A stretch of DNA of 64,000 nt, from NCBI GenBank assembly GCA_963726455.1, contig CAVSCK010000004.1:704001-768000 (forward strand), given 5' to 3'. Within the stretch, counting starts at the first letter, position 1, and each line of letters opens with the position of its first letter. The stretch comes from an uncultured bacterium (lineage in GTDB: Bacteria; Zixibacteria; MSB-5A5; CAIYYT01). Made by a program: the position numbers and the translations under genes. The notes beneath the pieces are model-generated. The model saw only the letters and a program-made list of their open reading frames with translations. It ran no database searches and had not been told where the DNA came from. This document shows positions 41,806 through 54,053 of this stretch, in pieces.

Positions 41806-42315
41806 CTATTCGCCTTCAATCAATCCTTCCAACAACCGAATGACGACTTTGCGTTCTTCGGTATCGACTTTCACTATCACGTTGCTCGTCGCCGGCAACA
41901 GGAACTCCCGCTCGCCTTCGATTCGCCAGACATCATTTGCAGGCATCGCCATTATTTCGCCAACCTGACCGAGTAACTTGCCGTCCTCGGAGTAAACCTG
42001 CATACCGATGATATCAAATTCGAAAAACGTCTTTTCCGGCAGTTCGATCAGTTCAGCTTTCGTGACCGAGACAAATTTGCCGACCAATTCCTCCGCGGCG
42101 TTGCGCGATTCGACACCCTCGAATCGCATCAGAACACTGTTTTGGTGTACCCTTACAGACTTGACAGTAAACGAATTAGCGGTCTCGCCTTCAAGGATTA
42201 CTTTATCTAAATCGTGGAAGCGGTCGACGAACTCCGTCAAAGGTTGGACGACAACTTCGCCCGTTAAACCATGCGCCTTGACGATCTTGCCAACAGCGTA
42301 AAGCTCCTGACCTAT
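41806..42315 (-). CDS. rimM: 16S rRNA processing protein RimM (no canonical start; ATA at 42315)
   Basis: The frame extends upstream of the ORF call as [21 protein letters not shown]; also RNAAEEL, DIIGMQV, ANDVW, LEGLI. Confidence 0.93.
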   Translation of the reverse strand: MGQELYAVGKIVKAHGLTGEVVVQPLTEFVDRFHDLDKVILEGETANSFTVKSVRVHQNSVLMRFEGVESRNAAEELVGKFVSVTKAELIELPEKTFFEFDIIGMQVYSEDGKLLGQVGEIMAMPANDVWRIEGEREFLLPATSNVIVKVDTEERKVVIRLLEGLIEGE

Positions 42316-42542
42316 TCCAGAATCTCCAGTACCGCCCGCTTGCCCTTCTTGGCAGAAATTGCCAGCATGATCGTGCGGATGGCTTTGGCAGTTTGTCCGC
42401 CTTTACCGATTACCTTTCCCAAATCACCCTGACCGACCCGCAACTCAAAGACCGTAGTCCGCTCACCTTGGATTTCCCGAAGCTGCACGGCATCGGGATT
42501 ATCAACGAGTGCCTTTACGATGGTTTCGACAAATTCCTTCAC
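42312..42542 (-). CDS. khpA: KH-domain RNA-binding protein KhpA
   Basis: [27 protein letters not shown]; rpsP-khpA-rimM order. Confidence 0.95.
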   Translation of the reverse strand: MKEFVETIVKALVDNPDAVQLREIQGERTTVFELRVGQGDLGKVIGKGGQTAKAIRTIMLAISAKKGKRAVLEILE

Positions 42543-42662
42543 AGATTCTTCTCCCGCGTAACAGTGTTCGTCCTATATGCGTCTCTCGAAATCATCTCAA
42601 GCCAATTGGAACCGGATGTAGTACCTGTTGCCGATCGTTACGATTCCGTCGTCAGGTTGTCG

Positions 42663-43037
42663 TTATTCTGCCGGTTTTTCGCCTTCGGCGATCGCCGCTT
42701 TTTTCGCTTTGCGGGATTTCTTCTTGCGCTCCGTAATGGTCGCCTTGATTTCAATGCCGGAAGCGTCCTTACCCTGTTTCATCAGATCCCATTTTTCATT
42801 TACGCCGATCTGCGAGAACAAAGTGTGTACGGTGTCCGACGGTGTGGCGCCCTGTTTCAGCCAGTAGAAGACCCGTTCTTCATCGATCTTGATCGTCGCC
42901 GGCTTGACAATCGGATTGTAGTGACCGAACATCTCCACGAACCGCCCCTCACGGGCACGGCGCGAATCAATCGCCACAAACCGATAGATCGGGCGCTTCT
43001 TAGCTCCCATGCGTCTCAGTCTGATTGTTACCGCCAA
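42663..43037 (-). CDS. rpsP: 30S ribosomal protein S16
   Basis: [35 protein letters not shown]; GGAGG SD with TTG start. Confidence 0.98.
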   Translation of the reverse strand: MAVTIRLRRMGAKKRPIYRFVAIDSRRAREGRFVEMFGHYNPIVKPATIKIDEERVFYWLKQGATPSDTVHTLFSQIGVNEKWDLMKQGKDASGIEIKATITERKKKSRKAKKAAIAEGEKPAE

Positions 43038-43078
43038 TTCATTCCTCCAAAGAAATTAATATAAAGTTAATCATATTC

Positions 43079-44398
43079 TCAGTTACCGGGAAACATCCCG
43101 GGCATCATCTTCTTGAACTTGCCGCCGCGCATCTGCTTGACCATCTTCTGCATTTGTTCAAACTGGCGCAACAGGCGATTGACCTCCTGAATCGAGGTCC
43201 CCGAGCCGGCAGCAATTCGAGCGCGGCGCGACCCGTTAAGGACGTTCGGCTTGGCACGCTCCAGGGGAGTCATGGACAAGATAATCGCCTCCACTCGCTT
43301 CATGCTGGATTCATCAATTTGTACGTCGCGAATTGCGCTGGATACTCCGGGAATCATGCGCAATATCGACTCCAGCGAACCCATCTTCTTCAATTGCTGC
43401 AATTGCTGGTAGAAATCCTCCAGCGTCAGCGAGTCCTTGCGGAGCTTCTTTTCGAGTTTCTCGGCCTCGCCGACGTCGATCGTCTCCTGCGCCTTCTCGA
43501 CCAGCGACACAATATCACCCATGCCGAGAATGCGCGATGCCATCCGTTCGGGATAGAAAAGCTCTAAATCAGAGAGCTTCTCACCTACGCTCACGAGTTT
43601 GAGCGGCTTTCCTGTGACGCGACGAATCGACAGTGCCGCTCCACCTCGGGCGTCGCCATCGAGTTTGGTTAAAGCAACACCGGTAAGGTCAAGTGTCTCA
43701 TTGAATTGCGTGGCAACATTGACGGCGTCCTGGCCGGTCATTGAGTCGGCCACGAGGATTATTTCATCAGGATTTATCTTGGATTTGATGTTCTTAAGTT
43801 CGTCCATCAACTCAGTGTCGATGTGGAGCCGGCCGGCAGTGTCAAAGATCACCGGATGGAAGTTGTTGGCGCGGGCGTATTCGACTGCTTCTTCGCAGAT
43901 CTGCGGTGGCTTTTTGTCGACATGAAATACCGGAACATCAATCTGCTTCCCTAGCACCTGCAATTGCTTGACGGCAGCGGGACGATAGATGTCGGCCGCG
44001 ACCATTAATGGGCGCGCATTTTTCTTTTTGTAGTGTAGGGCTATTTTGCCGCAAAGCGTGGTTTTGCCCGATCCTTGCAGGCCGCAGACCACCAATTTAC
44101 CGGGGGTCGACCGGAACGAAATCGGGGCATTCTCGCCCCCCAGGATGGCCACCAGCTCATCGTGAACGACCTTGACGACCTGTTCACCGGGGGAAATCGA
44201 GCGAAGCGTCTCCTGCCCACAGGCCTTCTCTTCGACATCGGCAATGAACTGCTTGACTACCTTGAAGTTAACGTCGGCTTCCAGCAGGGCACGGCGGACT
44301 TCCTTGAGGGAATCTTTGATATTCGTCTCAGTCAGCTTGCCATGACCCCGCAGGGTCTTAAAAACGCCTTCTAATTTAGCAGATAATGAATCGAACAT
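43079..44398 (-). CDS. ffh: Signal recognition particle protein
   Basis: ALLEADV, GLQGSGKTT, DTAGR, TKLDGDARGG, RILGMGD, M domain. Confidence 0.98.
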   Translation of the reverse strand: MFDSLSAKLEGVFKTLRGHGKLTETNIKDSLKEVRRALLEADVNFKVVKQFIADVEEKACGQETLRSISPGEQVVKVVHDELVAILGGENAPISFRSTPGKLVVCGLQGSGKTTLCGKIALHYKKKNARPLMVAADIYRPAAVKQLQVLGKQIDVPVFHVDKKPPQICEEAVEYARANNFHPVIFDTAGRLHIDTELMDELKNIKSKINPDEIILVADSMTGQDAVNVATQFNETLDLTGVALTKLDGDARGGAALSIRRVTGKPLKLVSVGEKLSDLELFYPERMASRILGMGDIVSLVEKAQETIDVGEAEKLEKKLRKDSLTLEDFYQQLQQLKKMGSLESILRMIPGVSSAIRDVQIDESSMKRVEAIILSMTPLERAKPNVLNGSRRARIAAGSGTSIQEVNRLLRQFEQMQKMVKQMRGGKFKKMMPGMFPGN

Positions 44399-44710
44399 AC
44401 TTCACCAATACAGACTTGTTATATAACGACTTTCATGGAGCAATGCAAGGGGAATTTAGGGGTCGAACGAGGCCGAAATTCAGGTCAAACCGGGTGAGCA
44501 AGTGGCCCATATAACAGATTTCCCAAGTCGGCAATCTACGAGTCCATCTGAGGTTAATGTGCTAGCGGCAAATACTTTTGACGCAAGGCCAGCAAATTCT
44601 GTTTTGCAGATGATTTTGAGGCACCGTAGACTTTTAGGGAGCGGAGTTGAAGCACGCTCGTGAGCATTTAGCAAGGGGAATAATCCAAACTCGCTTGAGG
44701 AGGTAATACG

Positions 44711-46388
44711 ATGAAAGGCCGAACTATTGGCTTCGTCATTGCTGCGCTCGTCTTGGTATGCGCAGTAGGGCAAGTTGCTGGACAGACTGATACGCTGCTT
44801 ATCACAAAAGACAGAGTTGAATCGGCGGAGAAGTTGATTGGACTGACATTTCACCGATGCCGAACGGGATAGTATGCTTGATGCTCTCAAGGAGTATGCC
44901 CGGAACTATGACTCCATTCGAACGATCAGAATTGACAACAGCATTCCGCCGGCACTTATGCTAAATCCGCTTCCAGTTGGATTCAAGTTCGCCTCTGAAC
45001 GCAAGCCGATCGGACTCACTCCTATCGAGGGATTCAAGCGGCCGAAGAATCCTGATGATCTGGCTTTCTGTTCAGTGCGGGAACTGGGCGAATTAATCCG
45101 CACCAGGCAGTTGACATCGACCGAACTAACCAAGATGTACATCACTCGGCTGAAAAAGTACGATCCGATTCTTCATTGCATAATCACGCTGACCGAAGAT
45201 CTCGCGCTCAAACAGGCAGCTCAGGCGGATTCGGAAATTGCGGCGGGGAAATATCGTGGTCCGCTGCACGGCATTCCGTACGGCGCCAAAGACCTGTTGG
45301 CTGTGCGCGGTTACAAGGTAACGTGGGGCTCAGCGCCATTCAAGGATCAAGTGATCGACGAGGACGCGACAGTCATCAAGAAGTTGGAAGCCGCCGGTGC
45401 AGTGTTGGTGGCCAAATTGACGATGGGCGAATTGGCATGGGGAGATGTCTGGTACGGCGGAATGACGCGCAACCCCTGGGATACAGCGCAGGGGTCGAGT
45501 GGATCATCGGCGGGGCCGGCAGCGGCAGTGTCCGCGGGGCTAGTGCCGTTTGCAATCGGGACGGAAACCTGGGGATCGATAGTGTCACCGTCGACTCGCT
45601 GCGGCACGACAGGATTGCGGCCTACGTATGGCCGAGTGAGCCGCACCGGTGCGATGGCGCTCAGTTGGTCAATGGATAAGATCGGGCCGATTTGCCGGAA
45701 CGTTGAAGACTGTGCAATTGTCTTTGCTGCGATAATAGGAACGGACGGCATCGACCAGACTCTGTACGACGCTCCGTTCAACTACACACCTAAAGTCGAT
45801 CTCGCCAAACTTCGGATTGGCTATCTCAAGACCGATTTCGATTCTGATACGGCAAATGCCGCCAATAATAACGCAACCCTGGAACAATTGCGGAAGCTGG
45901 GCGCCAATCTGAGGACGATCAATCTGCCCAAGTACCCGATTGAAGCCATGTCATTGATTCTGTCGGCCGAGGCGGCGGCGGCGTTCGATGATCTCACCCG
46001 GAGCAGACGTGATTCGCTGATGGTTCGGCAAGTCAAGGATGCGTGGCCGAATGTGTTCCGGTCGTCACGGTTTATTCCGGCAGTTGAGTATATTCAGGCG
46101 AATCGGTTTCGGTACATGATGATTCAGGAAATGGGGAAACTGATGGACAGCATCGATGTCTTCGTGGCGCCGCCATTCGAAGGAAACACTCTATTATTGA
46201 CCAATCTGACCGAAAATCCTTGCGTCGTGCTGCCGAATGGATTTGATAGCACTCATCACCCGACGAGTGTGACCTTTGTCGGCCGCTTGTTCGATGAAGC
46301 AACTGTGCTAGCTGTGGCAAAAGCATACCAGGACGCAACGCAATGGAACAAGGAGCGGCCGAAGGTTGGAGGACAGCGGAAGAAGTGA
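44711..46388 (+). CDS. Secreted amidase-signature family enzyme (indel near 44850)
   Basis: GAGGAGG SD, signal peptide MKGRTIGFVIAALVLVCAVG, GPLHGIPYGAKD, NPWD..GSSGSSAG, GTETWGS. Confidence 0.9.
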
Positions 46389-46432
46389 AGGCGCTCTTGG
46401 CTCCTCTGACGGTGATGTCATAACGAGGACTC

Positions 46433-48965
46433 ATGCAACCTGACGACGACAAGACACGCGAAGTGACCGTGCTCACCAAAGGCACGGTCATCAACCACTA
46501 CCGGATTATCGAGAAAATCGGCGCCGGCGGCATGGGTGAAGTGTATCTCGCCGAAGACACGAGTCTCAATCGCAAGGTGGCACTCAAGTTCCTGGCTACT
46601 CATCTTTGTCAAGATGAAGAATGTCGGGCACGGTTCAAGCGCGAAGCTCAAGCTGCGGCGAAACTCAATCATCCCAACATCGTCACCATCTACGAAGTCA
46701 GCGAATACAACGGCCGCCCCTACTTTGCAATGGAACATGTCGAAGGACAATCGCTTCGGGAGTTGATCCGGACGAAAGAGTTGCCGCTTGAGCGAGTGAT
46801 CGAACTCGTCATTCAAATTTGCGAAGGCCTGCAGAGAGCGCATCAATCAGGAATCGTTCATCGTGACGTCAAACCTGCGAACATCCTGATTGACGCCGAT
46901 GGACGTGCCAAGATACTTGATTTCGGGCTGGCAACGGTACAGGGCTGCGATCACTTGACAAAAACTGGTTCAACGCTTGGCACGGTTGGTTACATGTCAC
47001 CGGAACAGGTCAAAGGTGAAACAGTCGACCAGCGGTCGGATGTTTTTTCGTTTGGAGTGGTACTGTATGAATTGATCACCGGTAGGTCGCCTTTCAAGAC
47101 TGACAACGACGTGGCGACGGCGCGACACATCTCCGAAAGCGAACCTGAACCATTGGCTCGATACAAAGCGGGTGTGCCTGATGAATTGCAGAGGATCGTA
47201 TCGAAGCTGCTGCAGAAGAATCCGGTACTACGATACCAGACGGCAGCAGATGTCGCCAGCGATCTGAAAGGCCTGAAGTCAAAAGGTCAATTCTCGACCG
47301 TCATGCCAGCGTCTCAGCGAAAAATGCTGGCTGTCTTGCCGTTTGAAAATCTCGGCGCGCTTGACGATGAGTACTTCGCTGACGGGATTACCGATGAGAT
47401 AACCGGCAAGCTGGCAGCCATTCGTGAACTGGGTGTGATCTCTCGAACCAGTACAATGCTGTATAAGAAGACGACCAAGAATCTTCGACAGATCGCGACA
47501 GAGCTTGGTGTCGACTACATCTTGGAGGGCACTATTCGCTGGGACAAGAGTGGTGCTACAAGTCGCCTGCGGATTCTTCCACAATTGATCCGAGCGTCAG
47601 ACGACACGCATCTCTGGGTAGAAACATATCAGCGACCGCTGGAAGATATCTTTGCGTTACAGGCAGACATTGCCACCCGGATTGTCGAGGCTATGAACAT
47701 CACCTTGCTCAAACCGGAGAACGCTGCTTTGCAAGCGATGCCGACGCAGAATCTTGAAGCGTATCAGGCCTATTTGCGCGGGCAAGACTATTTGCAGAGT
47801 CCGGATTACACGAGGAAAACATTTCAGTCGGCGGTACAAATGTTCCAACGCGCGGTGGAACTTGATCCCTCGTTTGCTCTTGCCTATACCCGTCTCGCGG
47901 ATGCTCACTCCGGGATGCACTTATTTGGGTATGACACTGCACCAGCTCGCCTAAGTCAAGTCAAGGCGGCGATCGACCGGGCATTCGTACTCCAGCCAGA
48001 CCTTTCTCAGGCTCACTTAGAACTTGGCTTCAGCTACTACTACCGGGGGCTGAGGGACTACGAACAGGCATTGGAGCAGCTTGCGCTTGCCGAGGTCGGA
48101 CTGCCGAACAATCCATCGATTCCAATTGTCAAGTCTTACATCTGGCGACGCCAGGGAAAGTTTGTGGCTGCAGCTGAGGAGATGGAACGCGCATTTGCTT
48201 TGAACCCCCGATCCCGGTTTCTAGCTTATGAGATCGGACTGACTTATGGATTCCCGCGCAACTATGCAGCAAAAGAACGGTGGCTCGATCAATCCATCTC
48301 CCTCGCGCCGGATCAATTTAGCGCCTATCAGCAAAAAGCATTGAACTACATTCTTTGGCGTGGCGACACCAGCTTAGCCCGGGCGACGCTGGCGTCCATC
48401 CCCAGGCAGGAAGACGATGAGGTCCAGCTCGAGTGGTTTTGGCAGCACCTGTACGAACGAGACTATGCTTCAGCCCTTGAGCGGCTTGCGGCCACCTCCC
48501 CAATGGCGGGAATTGGCCAATCATCATTTATCCTCAAGGCGCAGATGGAGGGGCTTGTCTATAGCCTCATGAACGAGCCGGATCGCGCCCGCGCCTGTTA
48601 CGTTTCCTCGCGCGCATTTCTGGAACATAAGGCAACGGAATTACCCGATGACTCTCGCGTTCATAGTTCGTTGGGGCTTGCCTATGCTGGTTTGGGCCGC
48701 AAAGACGACGCGATCCGCGAGGGCAAACTGGGAGTCGAGCTTCTGCCCGGTTTCCAAAGATGCCATTGATGGTGCTGTGAGAGTTGAAGATCTTGCCAGA
48801 ATCTACGTCATGGTCGGCGAATATGATGCTGCTTTGGACCAAATGGAGTATCTGCTTTCGATTCCCTCCGATTTCTCAGTTCCATATCTGCGCCTCGATC
48901 CCCGGTATGATCCTCTCCGCAACCTGCCCCGCTATCAGCAGCTTCTGGAGAAATATGCAACCTGA
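46433..48965 (+). CDS. Hanks-type Ser/Thr kinase + TolB-N-like domain + TPR repeats, copy 1 (indel near 48748)
   Basis: IGAGGMGEVY, VALK, HRDVKPAN, DFG, GTVGYMSPE; LAVLPFEN...YFADGITDEI; TPRs; tail LRLDPRYDPLRNLPRYQQLL. Confidence 0.93.
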
Positions 48966-51497
48966 CGACGACAAGACCCAGGCGGTGACAGTGCTTTCCA
49001 AGGGCACGGTCATCAATCACTATCGGATCGTCGAGAAGATCGGCGCCGGTGGGATGGGTGAGGTGTATCTGGCCGAGGACACCGAACTCAATCGCAAGGT
49101 TGCGCTAAAGTTCCTTTCTTCTCATCTCTGTCAGGACGCTGATTGCCGGGCAACGTTTCGAGCGCGAGGCACAGGCGGCTGCCAAGCTGGATCATCCGAA
49201 TATCGTCACGGTTTACGAAGTGGGTGAGCATCAAGGGCGGCCATTCTTTGCGATGCAGCATATTGAAGGGCAGTCGTTACGGGAACATGCTTCGCAGCAT
49301 GAGTTGTCTGTTCCTCAAGTGTTGGAAATCGGCATTCAGATCGCCGAAGGCTTACAGGCCGCCCACGAGAAGGGTGTTACGCATCGTGATATCAAACCTG
49401 CAAACGTTCTGATCGATTCTCACGGCCGGGTACGAATACTCGACTTCGGTTTGGCGTCAGTGGCTGGGACTGATCACCTGACGAAAACCGGTTCGACTCT
49501 CGGAACCGTCGGCTACATGTCCCCAGAGCAAGTTCGTGGTGAGCAGGTTGATCATCGTACCGACATCTTCTCGCTCGGTGTAGTTCTTTACGAACTGATC
49601 ACGGGCAGGCAACCCTTCAAGGGCGACAACGATGCTGCGACAATTCACAACATCACTGACAAAGAGCCTGAGCCACTTGTGCGATACAAGACCGGCGTCC
49701 CGGAAGAACTGCAGAGAATTGTTAACAAAGCTCTGGCAAGATCCAAGGAAATGCGATATCAGCATGTCGACGAACTGACAACGGATTTGAAGAGGTTGAA
49801 GACAGAGCTTGAGCAATCAAGATCGGGCGAAACCCGGATCCCGTCTCAAACTGCAAGGCCAAGTGTGGCAGTTCTATACTTGCAGAACTTCTCAGAAAGC
49901 AAAGAAGACGAGTATTTTGCGGCAGGCATGACCGAGGACATCATTACACAGCTATCCAAGATCGGCAGCCTCCTGGTGACTTCCCGTAGTGATGTTGAGC
50001 AGTTCAAAGGTAAGCAGGTAGACATCAGAGCAATCGCAGAGAAATTGAGAGTAGGCTATGTAATGGAAGGTTCGGTGCGCAAACATGGCCAGAGAATCAG
50101 GATTACCTGCCAATTAATACGAGGTAACGATGGTTTCCATGTCTGGGCTGAAAGCTATGATAGGCAATTCGAAGACATTTTTGATATTCAGGCAGATATC
50201 GCCAAGATGGTCGCAAAGGAGTTGAAACTCGTTCTGTTTCCGGAAGAACTGAAAAGGATTGAAAAGAAACCGACCGAGAATGTGCAGGCGTACGAATACT
50301 ATCTCCAGGGGCGCGAGTATTACACATCGGGATATTCCACACCCGAAGGGCTACATCTTGCAATCAAGATGTTTGGAAAGGCGCTGGAAGTCGACCCGAA
50401 TTTTGCATTGGCACATGTAACGATTATCAGCTTGTTATGCGTCCTATGTGATGTTCAAGGTCGATCTCAAGAGATCGTGGCTTGAGAAGGCTGAAGAGTC
50501 CAGTCAGAGGGCACTGACTCTCGACTCTCACTTGCCCGATGCTTATTCCTCATTATCAAGATTGTACTGGATAATGGGGAGGACAGAACAGACGATCCAG
50601 AAGGCAGAGGAAGCAGTTGTCGCTAATCCTGATTATGACAAGAGTTGGCAATCCCTAGGTTTCTGGCTTTCGCTGATAGGCCAGTATCTCAAAGCAGAAC
50701 GGGCACTGAAAAGGGCGCTTGAGTTGAATCCCACCAATCCGGTTCTATACGGTCGCTTCATTGTTCTGTATTCACTATGGGGTAAGCCTGAGAAAGTAGC
50801 AGAGTATTTCAAGAAGGGATTAGAGATAGTGCCCGATGACTGGTGGACATATTTCAGAATGGCCGGGTATTATCTTGAACGCGGTGAATTGAATGAAGCG
50901 GAGAGAATGACTCGCAGGGCTCTTGACATAAATCCAAGAAGCGCACTGTCGTATAATTATTTGTTGGAGATCAGCATTTTGTCAGGAGACGCTGACAGCG
51001 CCTTTATTTTTCTGGAGGAATCCCGTCGGCAGAATCCCAATCAGGACCTGTTTATAGAATCAGGATATATAAGACAAGTGAAAGGTGACCGAGTTCAAGC
51101 GGAGATAGATCTTAATTCCTGCATCGACTATAACCTGCCATTAGTCTGGCAATTCGAGGATATGCGCGATGAATACTATTGTCGTTCAAGAATGGCTCTG
51201 GCTTATGCACTCAAGGGTGAATCTGGCAAAGCAATGGAGCAAGCAGAAATGGTACAACGGAAATTGGGGAAAGCTCTGCTGAGCTTAGAATGGGCTTTCG
51301 ACCGGGAAGTGATTAAGCTCCTCAGTTTCGTTTATTCTTTAGCGGGGCGTAAGGAAGATGCATTGCCCTTGATGGAATTTCTGTGTGAGAATAATCGCAC
51401 CTCCCCGGCATACATCAAGCTGCATCCTTTCTATAAGGGTCTTGCAGGATATCCACCGTTTGAAAGACTGATTGGCGACGAGAGAAGGACACGATAG
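48955..51497 (+). CDS. Ser/Thr kinase + TolB-N-like + TPR, copy 2 (indels near 49152 and 50420)
   Basis: MQPDDDKT start overlapping the copy 1 stop; HRDIKPAN, DFG; SVAVLYLQN...YFAAGMTEDII; TPRs; tail IKLHPFYKGLAGYPPFERL. Confidence 0.9.
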
Positions 51498-51537
51498 GAT
51501 GTTTCTTCGCGAGGATAACTCTAGGCAGTGACAAACA

Positions 51538-51657
51538 ATGCAGCCTGACGACGGCAAGACACGCGAAGTGACCGTGCGAGCTAAAGGCACAGTTATCTCC
51601 CACTACCGTATCCTCGAGAGAATTGGCGCCAGTGTGAAAGGCGAGGTTTATCTCTAG
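51538..51657 (+). pseudogene. Truncated third kinase head (39 codons plus stop)
   Basis: MQPDDGKTREVTVRAKGTVISHYRILERIGASVKGEVYL*, homologous to the starts of copies 1 and 2 with a decayed glycine loop. Confidence 0.85.
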
Positions 51658-52122
51658 CTACACCTGCTGCGCCAGATAATTCTGGATGCCCATTTGCGCG
51701 ATCTGGTCGTGCTGGGCTTCCAGCCAGTCGAGATGATCTTCCTCGTCCTTCAGGATTGACTCCAGCATCTCACGGGAGGCGTTGTCATCCAGCGTGGTTG
51801 CCTGTCTGACGGCGGCATTGTAACCTACTACCGCGCCCTGCTCTGCAGCCATGTCGTTCTTGAGCTGCGCTTCGACCGTTTGGCCAATATGGATTGAGTT
51901 CAGCTTGCTCACAGTCGGCTGGCCTTCGAGAAAGATGATGCGCGCGATCAATTTCTCGGCGTGCTTCATTTCAGTAATGGCGCGCTTCTCGATGGCCTCA
52001 TGAAGCTTGTGATAGCCCCAGTTGCTGCACATCTCGGAATGCACCATGTACTGATTAATGGCAGTCAATTCGTCCGCCAGCATATTGTTCAACGTCGCGA
52101 TAACCTCTGGTTTGCCCTTCAT
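51658..52122 (-). CDS. bfr: Bacterioferritin
   Basis: MKG, ELTAINQY, EMKHA (heme Met), RIIFLEGQP, DEEDHLDWLE. Confidence 0.96.
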   Translation of the reverse strand: MKGKPEVIATLNNMLADELTAINQYMVHSEMCSNWGYHKLHEAIEKRAITEMKHAEKLIARIIFLEGQPTVSKLNSIHIGQTVEAQLKNDMAAEQGAVVGYNAAVRQATTLDDNASREMLESILKDEEDHLDWLEAQHDQIAQMGIQNYLAQQV

Positions 52123-52251
52123 TACCTAGCTCCTTTCAGATTGTGATCGAATTCGAGTCTCAACCACAGCATAATAGAATGCCGCCGCGATCAAGTCAAG
52201 GCGTGCCAATAGTCCTCCCCGGCAAGTCCGGATTGGGGCAGTTTAGCTCGG

Positions 52252-52958
52252 CTAATCGGCCTTTGACGCAAATACTCCGCGATATACCAGCCCCGCCAGG
52301 ATACCACCGATAATCGGCGCGACCCAGAAAAGCCAAAGTTGCGCTATCGCCCAACCGCCGACAAAGAGTGCCGGTCCGGTTGACCGAGCCGGATTGACCG
52401 ACAAGTTGGTTACCGGAATACCGATGAGGAGAATCAGCGTCAGGCCAAGACCAATTGCGATCGGCGCGAACCCCGCAGGAGCGCGCTTGTCCGTTGCAGC
52501 CCATAATGATGATCAGAAACATGAACGTCAGAACCAATTCGGTGATAAAACATGCCAGCATCGAATAGCCGCCGGGAGAGTGTTCGGCGTAACCGTTGGA
52601 TGCAAAGCCGGCAGCGACGTCGAATCCGGCCTTACCGCTGGCTATCAGAGTAGAGCAAGGCCGCGGCGACGATCGCTCCAATGAGTTGTGCGACTATATA
52701 AGGAGCCAGTTCCGAACCGGGGAATCGCTTGCCGGCCCAGAGTCCGAACGAGACCGCCGGATTGAGATGACATCCGGATATGTGACCTATGGCATAAGCC
52801 ATTGTGAGCACCGACAGACCAAATGCGAGGGCAACTCCGACGAACCCGATGCCGAGATTCGGAAATGCCGCGGCCAGCACCGCCGCACCGCAGCCGCCAA
52901 ACACCAGCCAGAATGTGCCGATGAACTCCGCAATAGCACGTTTGCTCAGTGACATCAT
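52252..52958 (-). CDS. aqpZ: Aquaporin Z (several indels)
   Basis: [41 protein letters not shown], second NPA ([12 protein letters not shown]), [11 protein letters not shown] across frames. Confidence 0.93.
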
Positions 52959-53085
52959 GACCTCCTCAAATTTACAGGATTATCGGATGCTTTTCCCCTG
53001 TTGTGTAAACCCAATTCCGATCAGCGGTAAAATATGCTTGTCGAATCATCAGACAAGATAAAATTCCCGGTCGACAGCGACACCG

Positions 53086-53982
53086 TTAGGCCAATTTGAA
53101 CACCAAACTCAGCGCCAGAGTCTCTTTGAGCCGTCCCCTATAACTGACCTGCTTGTCGTACAGAAATTGTGTGTACAGGTTTACGGCGACGATTTTGGTC
53201 ACCTGAATCTGAAACGTGTTCTCCCAGTTAACGTGCACGGCCTTCCAGTCGTTTGCGTAAGGTGTATTCTTCACCTGGTCAGAACCCGAGAAGAACAGCG
53301 CCTTGTACAAACTGAGTTTGCCGATATAAGTCACGCGTTGGTGCAATGTCCGTGAAACGTCAGTCACCGATTCCAGGCCGCCATCGGTGAAAGTCGAGTC
53401 CTTCCTGGAGAGAGGATCGACAGTTGCGACATACGGTTTCACGGTTTCTCTCAGCGCCAGACCCACACGACTCAGGACTATATCTTTGTCCCGCGAATAG
53501 AATTTTCGCGCCAAACCGCCCGACTCGGTGAGAGTCAGCGGACGGAAATAGGCCTTCAGGCCGACATCAAACTGCTGGTAGAACTGAGTCTGGAGGCGGA
53601 CGGCCGCATAAGGGTCAACGAACTTGTTGGTTGTGAATCGACCCAAATGCTCCCAGTCAATCAGGTCTGTCGATTTCTGCGGCTTTGACCAGTCGCGTGT
53701 CTTCTCGTCCTGGGAAAGAGTCTGACCAAACGAGGCCTTCAAAGTTGTACGGTAATTCAGCCACGATTTTAGTTGGCGCTCGGCCGTGCCGTTGAGATTG
53801 GCCGCCCAATTGAGCGAGCCGGCCTCGCCTCCAGTCCAGGAATCGGAATAGGCGCTTTGGGCGGTCGTCATATCGAAGATCAGAAGTTTCTTCCACCCTT
53901 GCGCAGACGTTGTGTCTTGCGCGAAGAGCGTGGCAGGAACTAGAAACGTAAACAACAACACGGTAAGAAATCTCCCGGCCAT
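53086..53982 (-). CDS. Outer-membrane beta-barrel protein (DUF3078-like)
   Basis: AGGAGG SD, signal peptide, QSAYSDSWTGGE, KSTDLID, alternating beta-strand pattern, C-terminal LSLVFKL. Confidence 0.75.
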   Translation of the reverse strand: MAGRFLTVLLFTFLVPATLFAQDTTSAQGWKKLLIFDMTTAQSAYSDSWTGGEAGSLNWAANLNGTAERQLKSWLNYRTTLKASFGQTLSQDEKTRDWSKPQKSTDLIDWEHLGRFTTNKFVDPYAAVRLQTQFYQQFDVGLKAYFRPLTLTESGGLARKFYSRDKDIVLSRVGLALRETVKPYVATVDPLSRKDSTFTDGGLESVTDVSRTLHQRVTYIGKLSLYKALFFSGSDQVKNTPYANDWKAVHVNWENTFQIQVTKIVAVNLYTQFLYDKQVSYRGRLKETLALSLVFKLA

Positions 53983-54053
53983 TGTGTCCTCCTTGATATT
54001 GGTTCCTTGTTGACCGGCGGTCGCCGGTCGATAGCGAACACAGATGTTGTCTT

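Noticed and set aside
44399-44710. SRP (4.5S) RNA or riboswitch next to ffh
   Set aside because: No CAGG..GGAA..AGCAG core or recognisable aptamer; it looks like a divergent promoter region.
44711-46388. Amidase as gatA
   Set aside because: It has a signal peptide, GTETWGS rather than GSDTGGS, and no gatB or gatC neighbours.
46433-51657. Diversity-generating retroelement acting on the kinase repeats
   Set aside because: No reverse transcriptase is present, and the differences between heads are not adenine-specific.
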